Assembly: GCA_964525395.1 (NCBI GenBank)
Contig: CAZGGU010000002.1
Coordinates: 30,263-94,262, forward strand
DNA from: an uncultured Gammaproteobacteria bacterium
GTDB taxonomy: Bacteria; Patescibacteriota; Microgenomatia; Levybacterales; UBA12049
Reading direction: 5' to 3'
Length of the DNA: 64,000 nucleotides
The position numbers and the translations under genes are program-made. Below the pieces are notes generated by a model. That model saw only the letters and a list, made by a program, of their open reading frames with translations. It made no database searches and was not told the origin of the DNA. Shown one piece after another: positions 49,506-59,610 of the stretch (its first letter is position 1; the number at the start of each line of letters is the position of its first letter).

Positions 49506-50546
49506 ATGAATCCCCAGATTAAAAGTATTTCTGATGCTTCGGTTCGAGGAAAGAGAGTATTCGTTCGTTGTGACTTTGATATTTCAGTTGAGTCGGGAAA
49601 GATAATTGATGATTCACGTTTAGTTTCCGCTATTGGAACTATTGAATACCTACTCTCAGAAGGCGCAGAAGTTATAGCGGCTGGACATATGGGGCGCCCT
49701 GATGGATTTGAGTCTAGTTTGAGCTTGGCTCCAGTGGCGCAGTGGTTCGGTAAGCAGTTTGATAAAGAGATTGAGTCCTCTCAGCTTAGAGGTTTTGAAG
49801 GATGGCTTATCAAAGATGGGTTGATAATTCTAGAAAATCTCCGGTTTTATGCAGGTGAAGAGGAGAATGCTTTGGAATTTGCAGAGTCTCTAGCTAGTCT
49901 CGCAGATATTTATGTAAATGAAGCGTTTGGAGTGTGCCACAGAGAAAACTCTTCAATTGTTGGTGTTCCTAAATTACTTCCTCATTTCGCAGGCTTCCAT
50001 TTAATAAAAGAATTAAAAATTCTTTCTCAAATTTTGTACAAGCCCAAAAGACCACTAACCATTATAGTAGGAGGAGCTAAAATTGAGACTAAATTGCCCC
50101 TAATTTCTAAAATGCATCAGTTCGCGGATTTCGTTTTAGTGGGTGGTGAGCTAGCTGAAGAAACTAAAACCCTTGCTCATATGGAGCACGAGAAAATTAG
50201 GAGGAGGAGGGGAAAAATAATAGTTGCTGATTTGATCTCTTCTCAAAAAGATATTACAGATGGTTCGCTTAATGAATTTAAAAAAATAATAAATGAGAGC
50301 GAAATGGTAGTTTGGAACGGTCCGATGGGGGAAATAAATGATGGAAAAAATGGATCAAGTTTGAATTTGGCTGAAATAATTATTAATTCCACAGCATATT
50401 CAGTAGTTGGTGGCGGAGATACAGTAGGATTTTTGAATACTCATGGTTTGGTAGATAAATTTGATTTTGTTTCTGTAGGCGGTGGCGCAATGCTCGAATA
50501 TTTATCTGGAGAAAAATTACCTGGTTTAATTGCCTTGGAAAATTAG
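49506..50546 (+). CDS. pgk: Phosphoglycerate kinase (compact)
   Basis: GKRVFVRCDF, HMGRP, LENLRF, GGAK, WNGPMG, GGGDT, SVGGGAMLEYL. Confidence 0.95.
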   Translation: MNPQIKSISDASVRGKRVFVRCDFDISVESGKIIDDSRLVSAIGTIEYLLSEGAEVIAAGHMGRPDGFESSLSLAPVAQWFGKQFDKEIESSQLRGFEGWLIKDGLIILENLRFYAGEEENALEFAESLASLADIYVNEAFGVCHRENSSIVGVPKLLPHFAGFHLIKELKILSQILYKPKRPLTIIVGGAKIETKLPLISKMHQFADFVLVGGELAEETKTLAHMEHEKIRRRRGKIIVADLISSQKDITDGSLNEFKKIINESEMVVWNGPMGEINDGKNGSSLNLAEIIINSTAYSVVGGGDTVGFLNTHGLVDKFDFVSVGGGAMLEYLSGEKLPGLIALEN

Positions 50547-50583
50547 GGGTTGATCAATAAATTTGCCGTGTTATACTGTGAAA

Positions 50584-51174
50584 ATGCCTAAGGATTTAGT
50601 TGGAATTAGAAATATTACAATCTCAGGACGTATTGCTACAGGTACCACCACACTCGCTAAAAATCTTGCAGAAAAACTCGACTGGGAACTTCTTGAAGGA
50701 GGAGAATTATTTAGAAAATTTCATGAAGAACAGCTTAACGATAAGACAGAGATAGCAGTAGACAAAAGACCGGATGATATTGATTTAGAATATGAAGAAA
50801 AAGTTAAAAATATTCTAAAAACACAGTCTCATCAGATAATTCAATCACATCTAGCAGGTTTTGATGCACAGGGAATAGATGGTGTTTATAAAATAGTTGT
50901 AATTTGTGAAGATGAAAATGGCACAGATAAAACAGATATAAGAATTGATCGGCTAGTTAACAGGATCGGAAGTAATGTTTCAGAAGCTAAGAGGGAGATT
51001 GCAGAGCGCGAAAAAAACAACTTAGATAAATGGAGGAGGCTTTATGCAGAAAACGACCCAAATTGGGTATACTGGGATCCTAAATATTATGATTTGGTAA
51101 TTAATACTTATTCCCATAATGCTGAGCAAAGCTTAAATTTGGTTATCGAAAAACTTGGAATTACATCTGCTTGA
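50584..51174 (+). CDS. Cytidylate kinase-like (archaeal-type) NMP kinase
   Basis: ITISGRIATGTTT, GGELFR, YDLVINT; ATG at 50584. Confidence 0.8.
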   Translation: MPKDLVGIRNITISGRIATGTTTLAKNLAEKLDWELLEGGELFRKFHEEQLNDKTEIAVDKRPDDIDLEYEEKVKNILKTQSHQIIQSHLAGFDAQGIDGVYKIVVICEDENGTDKTDIRIDRLVNRIGSNVSEAKREIAEREKNNLDKWRRLYAENDPNWVYWDPKYYDLVINTYSHNAEQSLNLVIEKLGITSA

Positions 51175-51215
51175 ATTTATTTTTCCTCGGTGATAGAGTA
51201 GGTAAGATTAATTTT

Positions 51216-51776
51216 ATGAGAAAGACGTTAATATTGTTTATATTTTTCATATTGCTATTTTCAAGGAAAACCTATGCTCAGACCATCACTCTTCCGCTCC
51301 CTTCTCCAGAAATTTCCACTCCCAGCGCTCAGCCCACAGGTAGTAATTATTTCTTGCCTTATCCGGGGATTTTGCCAGGAAACCCTCTTTATAGCCTGAA
51401 GCTTTTTAGAGACAAAATAACAGAATTTACAACTCAAAAAACTCTTGATAAGTCGTATTTCTATCTTCTCCAGTCAGATAAAAGAATAGCTTCTGGTATG
51501 GTTTTGTTTGATTCTGGCGATCAGGTGAAGGGTGAAAATACTATTTCCAAAGGGCAAAATTATTTAGAAAAATCCATAAATAAAATGATCCAAGCAAGAA
51601 GCGAAGGAGATAGTGTTATGGATTTATCCGCAAAAATTAAAGCGTCATCTTTAAAACAAAAAGAAATAATAAAAAAGTTATTGGAGAAATCTAGTGGAGA
51701 AACTAAAGAAAAACTGAAAGAAGATTTAAAAAGAGCTGAAAAACTTCAGAAAAGAGCAGATGCGTTTAAACAGTAG
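51216..51776 (+). CDS. Exported DUF5667-like protein
   Basis: Signal peptide; LPYPGILPGNPLYSLK..RD. Confidence 0.75.
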   Translation: MRKTLILFIFFILLFSRKTYAQTITLPLPSPEISTPSAQPTGSNYFLPYPGILPGNPLYSLKLFRDKITEFTTQKTLDKSYFYLLQSDKRIASGMVLFDSGDQVKGENTISKGQNYLEKSINKMIQARSEGDSVMDLSAKIKASSLKQKEIIKKLLEKSSGETKEKLKEDLKRAEKLQKRADAFKQ

Positions 51777-51938
51777 AGCTAGTAATTATTAAGTTTTTGT
51801 ATAAATATTTTATTCGCCCCTTTCTAATTTGACTCAAATTTTTTACCCGATTTTTCACCAGTATTTTTCTAAATTTTGGTCATTGTGGAAAACGAGGCTA
51901 GTTTTTAAGTTGAGGTGATTTGATACAATTGTTAGTAG

Positions 51939-51991
51939 TTGACACCCCTGATTTAGTGCCATATGATCATTCATGCCACTAGATTTAGTGG
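51939..51991 (+). promoter_or_regulatory. nrdR-nrdJ promoter with tandem NrdR boxes
   Basis: TTGACA 51939 -17- TATGAT 51962; ACCCCTGATTTAGTGC (51944) and CCACTAGATTTAGTGG (51976), 32 bp apart. Confidence 0.8.
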
Positions 51992-52016
51992 TGAACTTTG
52001 AAAGCCAAATTGACCT

Positions 52017-52466
52017 ATGAAATGTCCATATTGCGGATCTAGAGATACAGAAGTAGTCGAAACTAGAGACTCTGAAGATTTAGAAACTATTAGAAGAAGA
52101 CGAAGCTGTACGAAATGCGAAAAAAGATTTACTACTTATGAAAGAGTAGAGAATGTTAATCTCGTTGTCATTAAAAAAGATGGTAGGCGAGAGCAATTTA
52201 GTCGCGATAAATTAAAGAATGGAATTTTAAGATCCTGCGAAAAAACTACAGTAACAGTTGACGACGTGGAGAGAATAGTAATAGAAGTTGAAAGAGAATT
52301 AAGGGGTGGAGATTCGGTTGAAGTAGAAAGCAAGAAGATTGGTCAGTTGGTGGCAACAAGACTTAAGAAGCTAGACAAAATAGCATATATACGTTTTTCT
52401 AGTGTGTTTAAAAGATTTGTTGATATCGAAGATTTCGAAAAAGAAGTAAAAAAACTTATTAATTAA
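52017..52466 (+). CDS. nrdR: Transcriptional repressor NrdR
   Basis: MKCPYC...IRRRRSC..C..RFTTYE, ATP cone, AYIRFSSV. Confidence 0.97.
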   Translation: MKCPYCGSRDTEVVETRDSEDLETIRRRRSCTKCEKRFTTYERVENVNLVVIKKDGRREQFSRDKLKNGILRSCEKTTVTVDDVERIVIEVERELRGGDSVEVESKKIGQLVATRLKKLDKIAYIRFSSVFKRFVDIEDFEKEVKKLIN

Positions 52467-52470
52467 AATT

Positions 52471-54867
52471 ATGAAACTTGACGGTGTACGAGAAAAAGTA
52501 TTTTTAGACAGATATTCTTTAAAAGATAAAGAAGGTAATGCCTTAGAAAAAACTCCAGATGAAATGTGGAGAAGAGTGGCTAAGGGTATTGCAAAACAGG
52601 AAAAAAAAGCTAATCAGAAAGTTTGGGAAAAGAAATTTTTCGATGTCATGGATGACTTCAAATTCGTTCCAGGAGGAAGAATTCTCTCAGGTGCTGGCAC
52701 AGAGTTCCAGGTAACTTACTTTAACTGCTTCGTGATTCCATCCCCAAAAGACTCTCGTGAAGGAATAATTGACTCCCTCAAACAGCTTGTTGAGATTCAA
52801 TCTCGCTCAGGCGGGGTCGGATTGAACTTGTCATCTCTTAGGCCACGTGGAGCTAGAGTTAAAAAGGTTAATGGTTTTTCTTCAGGTCCTGTAACTTGGG
52901 CTGGACTCTTTTCATATGCAACTCATGATGTGGTTCAGCAGGGCGGAAGTAGAAGAGGGGCAACAATGCTTATGCTTCATGATTGGCATCCTGACGTTGA
53001 AGAATTTATTACTGTTAAAGAAGATTTGAGCAAGATTAACGGCGCCAATCTTTCAGTTTGCGTATCAGACGCATTTATGGAAGCAGTTAAAGCTGATGCA
53101 GACTGGAATTTGGAATATCCAGATCTTGATGACCCGCACTATGATAAGGATTGGGATGGAGATCTTATTGGATGGAAAAAAGCAGGAAGAAAAACTAAAG
53201 TTTATAAAACAGTTAAAGCTAAAGAGCTTTGGGATCTTATCTGTACTGCAGCTTGGAGATCAGCTGAGCCAGGTCTTCATTTCTTAGAAAGATCAAATAA
53301 AAGAAGTAACACATGGTATTTTGAAAAGCTTATCGCGACTAATCCTTGCGGAGAGCAGCCACTTGGAGCATGGGCGGTTTGTAACTTAGGTGCTATGAAT
53401 TTAGCAGCTTACGTTAAAAATGAGAAGTTTGATTATGATAATTTCGCAAAAGACGTAAAAGTTGCCATGAGATTCTTAGATAACGTAATTGATGATACTT
53501 ATTATTTCTTCAAAGAAAATGAAGAGGTAGCTAAGGACATAAGACGCACTGGTCTTGGAATTCTAGGGCTAGCTGATGCACTTATTAAGATGAAATTAAG
53601 ATACGGTGCACCTGAATCAGAGGAGACAATAAAAAAAATCTTTGAGACTCTTAGAAACAGCGCATATGATGCTTCAGCAGATATTGCGAAAGAAAAAGGC
53701 GCATTCCCTAAGTTTAAGAAAGAGAAATATTTGAAAGGCTATCACATTGAGAGACTTCCTAAGGAAATTAGAGCAAAGATTGCTAAGAATGGAATCAGAA
53801 ATGCAGTACTTTTGACAATCGCTCCAACAGGAACAACATCGCTTATATCAGGTGTTTCTTCTGGAGTAGAGCCAGTTTATGAGTTTGAATTTATCCGCCG
53901 AGATAGACTTGGAGAGCACAAGATGTTCCATCCATTGTTCGAAGAGTGGCAGAAAGAAAATCCAGGAGCAGAAAAGCCACACTATTTCGCTTCTGCTAAT
54001 GATTTAACTCCAGAAGAGCATGTAAAGGTTCAAGCAATTGCTCAGGAATATATCGATTCTTCTATTTCTAAGACCGTTAATGCGCCTAATGCTCACACAG
54101 TTGAAGATGTAAAAAATCTTTATATGATGGCATATGACCAAGGCCTCAAGGGCGTTACTTATATGAGAGACGGGTCTCGTGAAGGAGTGCTTTCAAGAGT
54201 GGAAGAAAAGAAGTCTGAGACAGTAGTTGTTCCTCAAGTTCATGCTCCTGCAGAATATGTACGTGCGCCTCGCCCAATGATGGTAGAAGGTGTTACATAT
54301 AAAACTCAAACCCCAGTAGGAGACACTTATATTACGCTTAATCATGATCAGAATGGCGAGCCGTTTGAAGTATTTATTACGATTGGAAAACCAGGTACAG
54401 ACATCGCAGCTATGGCAGATGCTCTCGGCAGAATGGTGTCTTTGAATCTTCGTCTCGCAGGCAACCTGCCGCCGCGCGAGCGCATCAGGCAGGTTATTTC
54501 CCAGCTCTCAGGTATTGGGGGGGCAAGAAGTGTAGGATTTGGAGAAAATAGAGTTAGATCTCTTCCTGATGCAATCGCTATAGTTCTGGCTAAGCAGTAT
54601 GCATTTAAAGTAAACGGAGTAGTAGAGGATAAGCTCGCACCTAACACAACTCCAGTAGTTCCCGTCGCTGACGCACCTGCAGCAGCAACAGAATCTGTCC
54701 CTGAAAATATTACTGTACTTCAGCAGCTCCCACTCCAGGAGGGAATTACTATGGCGCCTCATGTTAAAACCAACAACTTCGATATTTGTCCTGAATGCGG
54801 AACTTCAGCTTTCGTATTCGAAGAAGGATGCGGCAAATGTTATGCCTGCGGTCACTCCGAATGCTAA
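52471..54867 (+). CDS. nrdJ: Class II (AdoCbl-dependent) ribonucleotide reductase with C-terminal TSCPD/zinc ribbon
   Basis: PGGRIL, NCFV, TNPCGEQPL, CNLG, IAPTGT, ISKTVN, KGVTYMRDGSR, SLPDAI, CPECG...C..CGHSEC. Confidence 0.95.
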   Translation: MKLDGVREKVFLDRYSLKDKEGNALEKTPDEMWRRVAKGIAKQEKKANQKVWEKKFFDVMDDFKFVPGGRILSGAGTEFQVTYFNCFVIPSPKDSREGIIDSLKQLVEIQSRSGGVGLNLSSLRPRGARVKKVNGFSSGPVTWAGLFSYATHDVVQQGGSRRGATMLMLHDWHPDVEEFITVKEDLSKINGANLSVCVSDAFMEAVKADADWNLEYPDLDDPHYDKDWDGDLIGWKKAGRKTKVYKTVKAKELWDLICTAAWRSAEPGLHFLERSNKRSNTWYFEKLIATNPCGEQPLGAWAVCNLGAMNLAAYVKNEKFDYDNFAKDVKVAMRFLDNVIDDTYYFFKENEEVAKDIRRTGLGILGLADALIKMKLRYGAPESEETIKKIFETLRNSAYDASADIAKEKGAFPKFKKEKYLKGYHIERLPKEIRAKIAKNGIRNAVLLTIAPTGTTSLISGVSSGVEPVYEFEFIRRDRLGEHKMFHPLFEEWQKENPGAEKPHYFASANDLTPEEHVKVQAIAQEYIDSSISKTVNAPNAHTVEDVKNLYMMAYDQGLKGVTYMRDGSREGVLSRVEEKKSETVVVPQVHAPAEYVRAPRPMMVEGVTYKTQTPVGDTYITLNHDQNGEPFEVFITIGKPGTDIAAMADALGRMVSLNLRLAGNLPPRERIRQVISQLSGIGGARSVGFGENRVRSLPDAIAIVLAKQYAFKVNGVVEDKLAPNTTPVVPVADAPAAATESVPENITVLQQLPLQEGITMAPHVKTNNFDICPECGTSAFVFEEGCGKCYACGHSEC

Positions 54868-54904
54868 TTGCCTCTAGCGTTTAGGTTGGATTTCAATTAT
54901 ATTA

Positions 54905-55010
54905 ATCATCCAGTAAGGAATTGGGTAAGTGAGGCGTAAATCCTCCGCAGTGCCGCTACCGTAAAGTCGGAAAACCACCTTATGTAGTTCTCGAGCAAGA
55001 TTGTCGTCAC
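54905..55010 (+). promoter_or_regulatory. Compact (class II-like) cobalamin riboswitch
   Basis: TAAGG/CCTTA closing helix, GGGTAAGT, GAGG-CGTAAAT-CCTC T-loop, CAGTGCCGCTACCGTA, AGTCGGAAAACCACC (B12 box), CGAGCAAG; upstream of pduO. Confidence 0.8.
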
Positions 55011-55012
55011 AC

Positions 55013-55040
55013 AAACTTCTCGTCTAGAGGAGTTTTTTTT
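55013..55040 (+). terminator. Intrinsic terminator (riboswitch expression platform)
   Basis: AAACTTCTC-gtcta-GAGGAGTTT followed by a T-run. Confidence 0.8.
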
Positions 55041-55041
55041 A

Positions 55042-55081
55042 TGGATTCGACAAGCTCACCATAATATTGAGTAGGGTCGAA
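55042..55081. repeat. REP-like doublet hairpin upstream of pduO
   Basis: TGGATTCGACAAGCTCACCATAA plus inverted degenerate TGAGTAGGGTCGAA. Confidence 0.75.
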
Positions 55082-55642
55082 ATGATTATGAGCAAAATTT
55101 ATACAAGAACAGGAGATACGGGTCAAACTTCACTTTTTGATGGCAAAAGAGTTCTCAAGTCAGACCCCAAGGTGGAAACTTATGGCACGATTGATGAATT
55201 AAATTCTACGATTGGTTTTGCCTCTACTTTTATTAAAGACAAACTTATCCTTAAAGAACTTGAAGAAATTCAGAATGATCTTTTGGAGGTTGGCTCCTCA
55301 CTTGCTGTTACCGACACGCTACCTTTAGATCAGTTAGAGCCTCGACCCGAGGAATTTGAAAAGCTGATTGATGAGTTAACTGTTAAGATGCCTCTTCTCA
55401 CGCAGTTTATTTTACCTAGTGGGGGAAAGGGTGGAGCAGCACTGCATGTAGCTAGAACTGTGGCTAGAAGAGCTGAAAGAAAGGTGATTGATCTTGCTCA
55501 ATCAGAAGAAGTGGACCCAATACTGATTAAATATCTTAATCGTTTGTCAGATTTACTCTTCACTTTTGCCCGCTACGTAAATTATAAAGAGAAATCCCTC
55601 GGCAAGCTCGGGACAAGAGAAAAAGTTTGGAAGAAAAAATGA
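55082..55642 (+). CDS. pduO: ATP:cob(I)alamin adenosyltransferase (PduO type)
   Basis: KIYTRTGDTGQT, YGTIDELNS, FILP.G, ARTVARRAER, YLNRLSDLLF; start 55082 or 55088. Confidence 0.95.
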   Translation: MIMSKIYTRTGDTGQTSLFDGKRVLKSDPKVETYGTIDELNSTIGFASTFIKDKLILKELEEIQNDLLEVGSSLAVTDTLPLDQLEPRPEEFEKLIDELTVKMPLLTQFILPSGGKGGAALHVARTVARRAERKVIDLAQSEEVDPILIKYLNRLSDLLFTFARYVNYKEKSLGKLGTREKVWKKK

Positions 55643-56757
55643 TAGAAACACAGGCACGAACATATACTCCAGAATTTGATCAAGAAGCATACGCTAGACT
55701 TTGGGCGTTACCAGTCTCAGAAAGAGTAGTCGAAAGAGAAAAACTAGATAAGTTAACCGGAAAAAACTTGGAAACAATGCTGGCTGAGCGCTTTAATGTT
55801 TTAGTCAGCAAATATAATTACGATATGATTGACGGTCAGCTTTGGGGAGAAGGGATGAATGAGCCGGCAATTGATTCATTTCGCCGAGGAGTTGTGTGGA
55901 GAAGAACTCATGGAAACCCTGATGATTGGCCCAGAGAAAAAGCAGAAATAGTAGGCTTTGAAATAATCGAGCAAATGCTTAGAGAAGAAAAGGATGTACT
56001 CTTAATTTCTCCTCCAGGGGGAAGTTATAAGCACAATTTTTATGATATTTTTAAGTGGAAAGATGGAAAAATTGAGGCTAGACGTTATTCATCTGCGCTA
56101 GAGATTGAGGATTACCAGAAATTGTTAGGAGTTGAACATAGTACTGCTGAAGAGTTTTTGGCAAACCCAATTGATATTTCTCAGACATTTATTTCAGCTG
56201 ATGAAGCACATAAATATTTACATAGAGATCACGAAACAACGAGTCTTGAGGTTTATGAGAATTACATTTTACCAGGAACTAGGGAGGCTATGTATGAAGT
56301 TCTTCAGGCATATTATGATGGAGATGAAGAGAGGCAGGAATTTTGGCTTAATGCATATGTAAATGCAGCAGATGAGATAAATGATTGGGCTCAGAATTTA
56401 ATTGATCAAGAGTTTAATGTCCCTGTGACTCCAATTGAATTTAGTGCATTTGATTATGCGAGACTTGCTAGCCAGGAGGTTAGAGAGGTTTCTACTGGTT
56501 GCGGATTGTCTGGCGGATTTAAATTAGGTGGCGATAGGGGTCCAGCGAATCCTTGGACTGTAAGTGAGTTTGGTAAAAAAGCTGAGGCATGCGGAACTTG
56601 TAATCAGTCGACTGAAGATGATCATTATCATTGTCCGGGTTGTGGCGGTTCATACGAGAGTGAAAGAAGCAAGCCTGCAGGTTCTAGGACCAAAGTCTGC
56701 GCTAAGGAGGTTACAGGGGATGTGGGAGGAATTTGTGGCTTCAAATTCGCTTGTTAA
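55639..56757 (+). CDS. Hypothetical protein with C-terminal Cys/His zinc-ribbon cluster
   Basis: ATGA overlap with pduO; TGCG, CGTC...HYHCPGC...C...CG..FAC. Confidence 0.75.
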   Translation: MIETQARTYTPEFDQEAYARLWALPVSERVVEREKLDKLTGKNLETMLAERFNVLVSKYNYDMIDGQLWGEGMNEPAIDSFRRGVVWRRTHGNPDDWPREKAEIVGFEIIEQMLREEKDVLLISPPGGSYKHNFYDIFKWKDGKIEARRYSSALEIEDYQKLLGVEHSTAEEFLANPIDISQTFISADEAHKYLHRDHETTSLEVYENYILPGTREAMYEVLQAYYDGDEERQEFWLNAYVNAADEINDWAQNLIDQEFNVPVTPIEFSAFDYARLASQEVREVSTGCGLSGGFKLGGDRGPANPWTVSEFGKKAEACGTCNQSTEDDHYHCPGCGGSYESERSKPAGSRTKVCAKEVTGDVGGICGFKFAC

Positions 56758-56819
56758 CTGTAAAGATTTTGTTATCTTAATTTAAACCTAAATTTCGGCC
56801 ATTGTGGTAATATAGTTGT

Positions 56820-57209
56820 ATGGATCCCAACGCAAAACCAGATCAATTAATTCAGCCTGCAACCGTTCACCAAGGTGGGAGGGTAGAGGCTACGCCTATT
56901 GCCCCAAAACAGCATGTGGAATCATCTCATCCTATGCCAGAAATTCCACAAGTAGTTTCTGATGCGGGAGTCGCTGTGGTTGATACCGCTCCAAAGCTCA
57001 GCCACACCATGTTTAATCAAAACCCAGAGCCTAAAGTTGAATTGCCTCAAAATCAATCGCCAGCTTGGCTTGAGCAGCAGATTAAAGTTGATCTAAAAGC
57101 GCTCGATAATAACACTAATGATTCAAAAAGCTGGCTTGGAAGATTAAGAATTGCATTTCTTGAAAAACTCAGAATGAAAAAACTTGATCCGCATCCGACT
57201 GGAGTATAG
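56820..57209 (+). CDS. Hypothetical Pro-rich protein upstream of virD4
   Basis: Extended -10 TGGTAATAT; 2-nt gap to virD4. Confidence 0.75.
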   Translation: MDPNAKPDQLIQPATVHQGGRVEATPIAPKQHVESSHPMPEIPQVVSDAGVAVVDTAPKLSHTMFNQNPEPKVELPQNQSPAWLEQQIKVDLKALDNNTNDSKSWLGRLRIAFLEKLRMKKLDPHPTGV

Positions 57210-57211
57210 TT

Positions 57212-59569
57212 ATGGAAATTAATTTTGCATCATTTATTGTAGCTTTTATGGCTGTGCTTTTGGTCATGACAGGTGCTGGCGCACTAGTGGCTGTACTTGG
57301 TTATTATTCTTTTATCGCATATAAATTCCGCAATCGTAAAAAAGAAGCTCTCAAGAGAACACTTTTGCAAGTTGCACTTCCTAGGGACAATGAAGTAAAA
57401 ATTGATGCAGCAGAGCAGTTATTTGCTTCCTTTGGCTCTGTTTATAAAGGTGGTCGAACAGCCTTTCTTAAACCTCAGCCTATTTTTTCTTTTGAAATCG
57501 TAGGAATGCCAGGGGATATTCGGTTTTATGTTTCTGCTCCAAATAAATATCGAGATTTTGTGGAAAAACAGATAAACGGTGCCTATCCCGAGGCTGAAAT
57601 TGAAGAGGTTTCTGAACACCATTCGCCTAAGGAGGGATATGTAATTGGAAATGACTATAATATTTTCTCTGAAACTGGAAAAGTAGCTTTTACCTCACTT
57701 CATCTTAAAAAGCATAGTTATGAGCCTATTAAAACTTATAAAGATTATCCCGTGGACCCACTCTCTTCAATTACTTCTACTTTAGCGAAGATGACAGAAG
57801 GAGAGGGCGCAGCAATTCAGATTTGTATTTCGCCTGCTGATCCTAAATGGAAGAAAATTGGTAAAGCCTGGTTATCTAATACTAAGAAACATGAATCAAA
57901 TCCTGAAACTGCTAAATATTCACATGATGCGAAAGAGCTTGAGGGGGTGGAGACAAAGATCGGTAAACCAGGATTCGATTCGATCATTCGCATAGTAGTT
58001 TCATCTTCAACGCATGATTCAGCCGAAGCGCATCTTTCTAATATTAAAAACGCATTTAGCCAGTATTCGGGTGCTAATTCTTTTAGTAGTTCAAAACATC
58101 ATAACAAAGAATTTATGGATGAATTTATTTACCGTTATATGCCTAAGCATGGGCATATATCGATTCTTAATAATGAAGAGCTAGCTACTCTTTTTCATTT
58201 CCCAAATAAAGGCGTAGCAACACCTCATATTTTTTGGGTTGCTTCAAAGCGTGCTCCAGTGGCAGCCAATGTGCCTACATCAGGATTGTATCTAGGAAAA
58301 AGTTCATATCGTGGTTTGTCTCGAGACGTTTATATCGGAGACGATGATAGAAGAAGGCATATGTATATAATCGGAAAAACAGGTACAGGAAAAACAGAGT
58401 TTCTTAAGCAGATGATTATGCAGGACATTAAGGGTGGGAAGGGCTTAGCAGTAATCGATCCTCACGGAGATTTAATTGAAGATATTCTTACGATGGTTCC
58501 GCCGGAAAGAAGCGAGGATGTAATTCTTTTCGATCCTTCAGATTTGGCTCGTCCAATGGGACTTAATATGCTTGATGCTCATTCAGAAGAAGAAAAGCAC
58601 TACATAGTGTCTTCTGTGATTGGGCTTATGTACAAGCTCTTTGATCCTAATAAAACAGGTATTATCGGTCCTAGATTTGAGCATGCTGTTCGAAACGCGA
58701 TGCTTACAGTTATGTATAAGCCTGGAGCGACTTTTATTGAAGTTGTGCGTATTTTGACCGATGCGAAGTTCGTTCAAGAATTATTGCCCCTCGTTCAGGA
58801 TCCTATTGTTAAGCGTTATTGGACTGATCAAATTGCTCAAACTTCCGACTTTCATAAATCAGAAGTTCTTGACTATATCGTTTCCAAATTCGGTCGTTTC
58901 GTTACGAATAAAATGATCAGAAATATCATTGGTCAGTCTGATTCAGCTTATGATTTTCGAGACGTAATGGATAATGGCAAAATTTTGCTCGTTAATTTGT
59001 CTAAAGGTAAGATTGGAGAAGAGAACTCTAATTTCTTAGGTTTAATCATTGTTCCTAGAATTTTAGTAGCTGCAATGAGTAGACAGAATATTCCGCAGGA
59101 ACAGCGTCGAGACTTCTTCCTTTATGTGGACGAGTTTCAGAATTTCGCAACACCTGATTTTGCCCAGATTCTTTCTGAGGCACGTAAATATCGTTTAAAC
59201 TTGATCGTAGCGAATCAGTTTATCGGGCAGATGGAAGAAGAAGTTAAGAATGCTATTTTTGGAAATGTAGGCACTTTGGCTTCATTCCGCGTGGGCGTGA
59301 CGGATGCTAATTATCTTCAGCATGAATTCCAGCCAACATTTACTGAGGCAGATCTTATAAATATCGACCGTTTTAACTGTTATATGAGAACACTAGTTAA
59401 TGGAGAACCTATCTTGCCATTCTCACTAGACACTACAAAGGATATCGTGAAAGAAAAAGCTATGATGAATCCTAGAGTCGCAGAGCTAATTAAGCAATTA
59501 TCACGACTTAAATATGGGAAAGATGTGAATACAATTGAGCAGGTTATAGGGGAACGCGCAAGGCTTTAA
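57212..59569 (+). CDS. virD4: VirD4/TraD-like type IV coupling ATPase
   Basis: N-terminal TM; DRRRHMYIIGKTGTGKT, IDPHGD, LYVDEFQNF, LSEARKYRL.L..ANQ. Confidence 0.9.
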   Translation: MEINFASFIVAFMAVLLVMTGAGALVAVLGYYSFIAYKFRNRKKEALKRTLLQVALPRDNEVKIDAAEQLFASFGSVYKGGRTAFLKPQPIFSFEIVGMPGDIRFYVSAPNKYRDFVEKQINGAYPEAEIEEVSEHHSPKEGYVIGNDYNIFSETGKVAFTSLHLKKHSYEPIKTYKDYPVDPLSSITSTLAKMTEGEGAAIQICISPADPKWKKIGKAWLSNTKKHESNPETAKYSHDAKELEGVETKIGKPGFDSIIRIVVSSSTHDSAEAHLSNIKNAFSQYSGANSFSSSKHHNKEFMDEFIYRYMPKHGHISILNNEELATLFHFPNKGVATPHIFWVASKRAPVAANVPTSGLYLGKSSYRGLSRDVYIGDDDRRRHMYIIGKTGTGKTEFLKQMIMQDIKGGKGLAVIDPHGDLIEDILTMVPPERSEDVILFDPSDLARPMGLNMLDAHSEEEKHYIVSSVIGLMYKLFDPNKTGIIGPRFEHAVRNAMLTVMYKPGATFIEVVRILTDAKFVQELLPLVQDPIVKRYWTDQIAQTSDFHKSEVLDYIVSKFGRFVTNKMIRNIIGQSDSAYDFRDVMDNGKILLVNLSKGKIGEENSNFLGLIIVPRILVAAMSRQNIPQEQRRDFFLYVDEFQNFATPDFAQILSEARKYRLNLIVANQFIGQMEEEVKNAIFGNVGTLASFRVGVTDANYLQHEFQPTFTEADLINIDRFNCYMRTLVNGEPILPFSLDTTKDIVKEKAMMNPRVAELIKQLSRLKYGKDVNTIEQVIGERARL

Positions 59570-59610
59570 GCTTCAAAATTAACCTCTTTTGGTTTATAAT
59601 ACACTCAACT

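Noticed and set aside
51884-51892. Single DnaA-box-like TGTGGAAAA upstream of nrdR
   Set aside because: One mismatched 9-mer in AT-rich DNA is weak evidence, although DnaA control of nrd genes is known elsewhere
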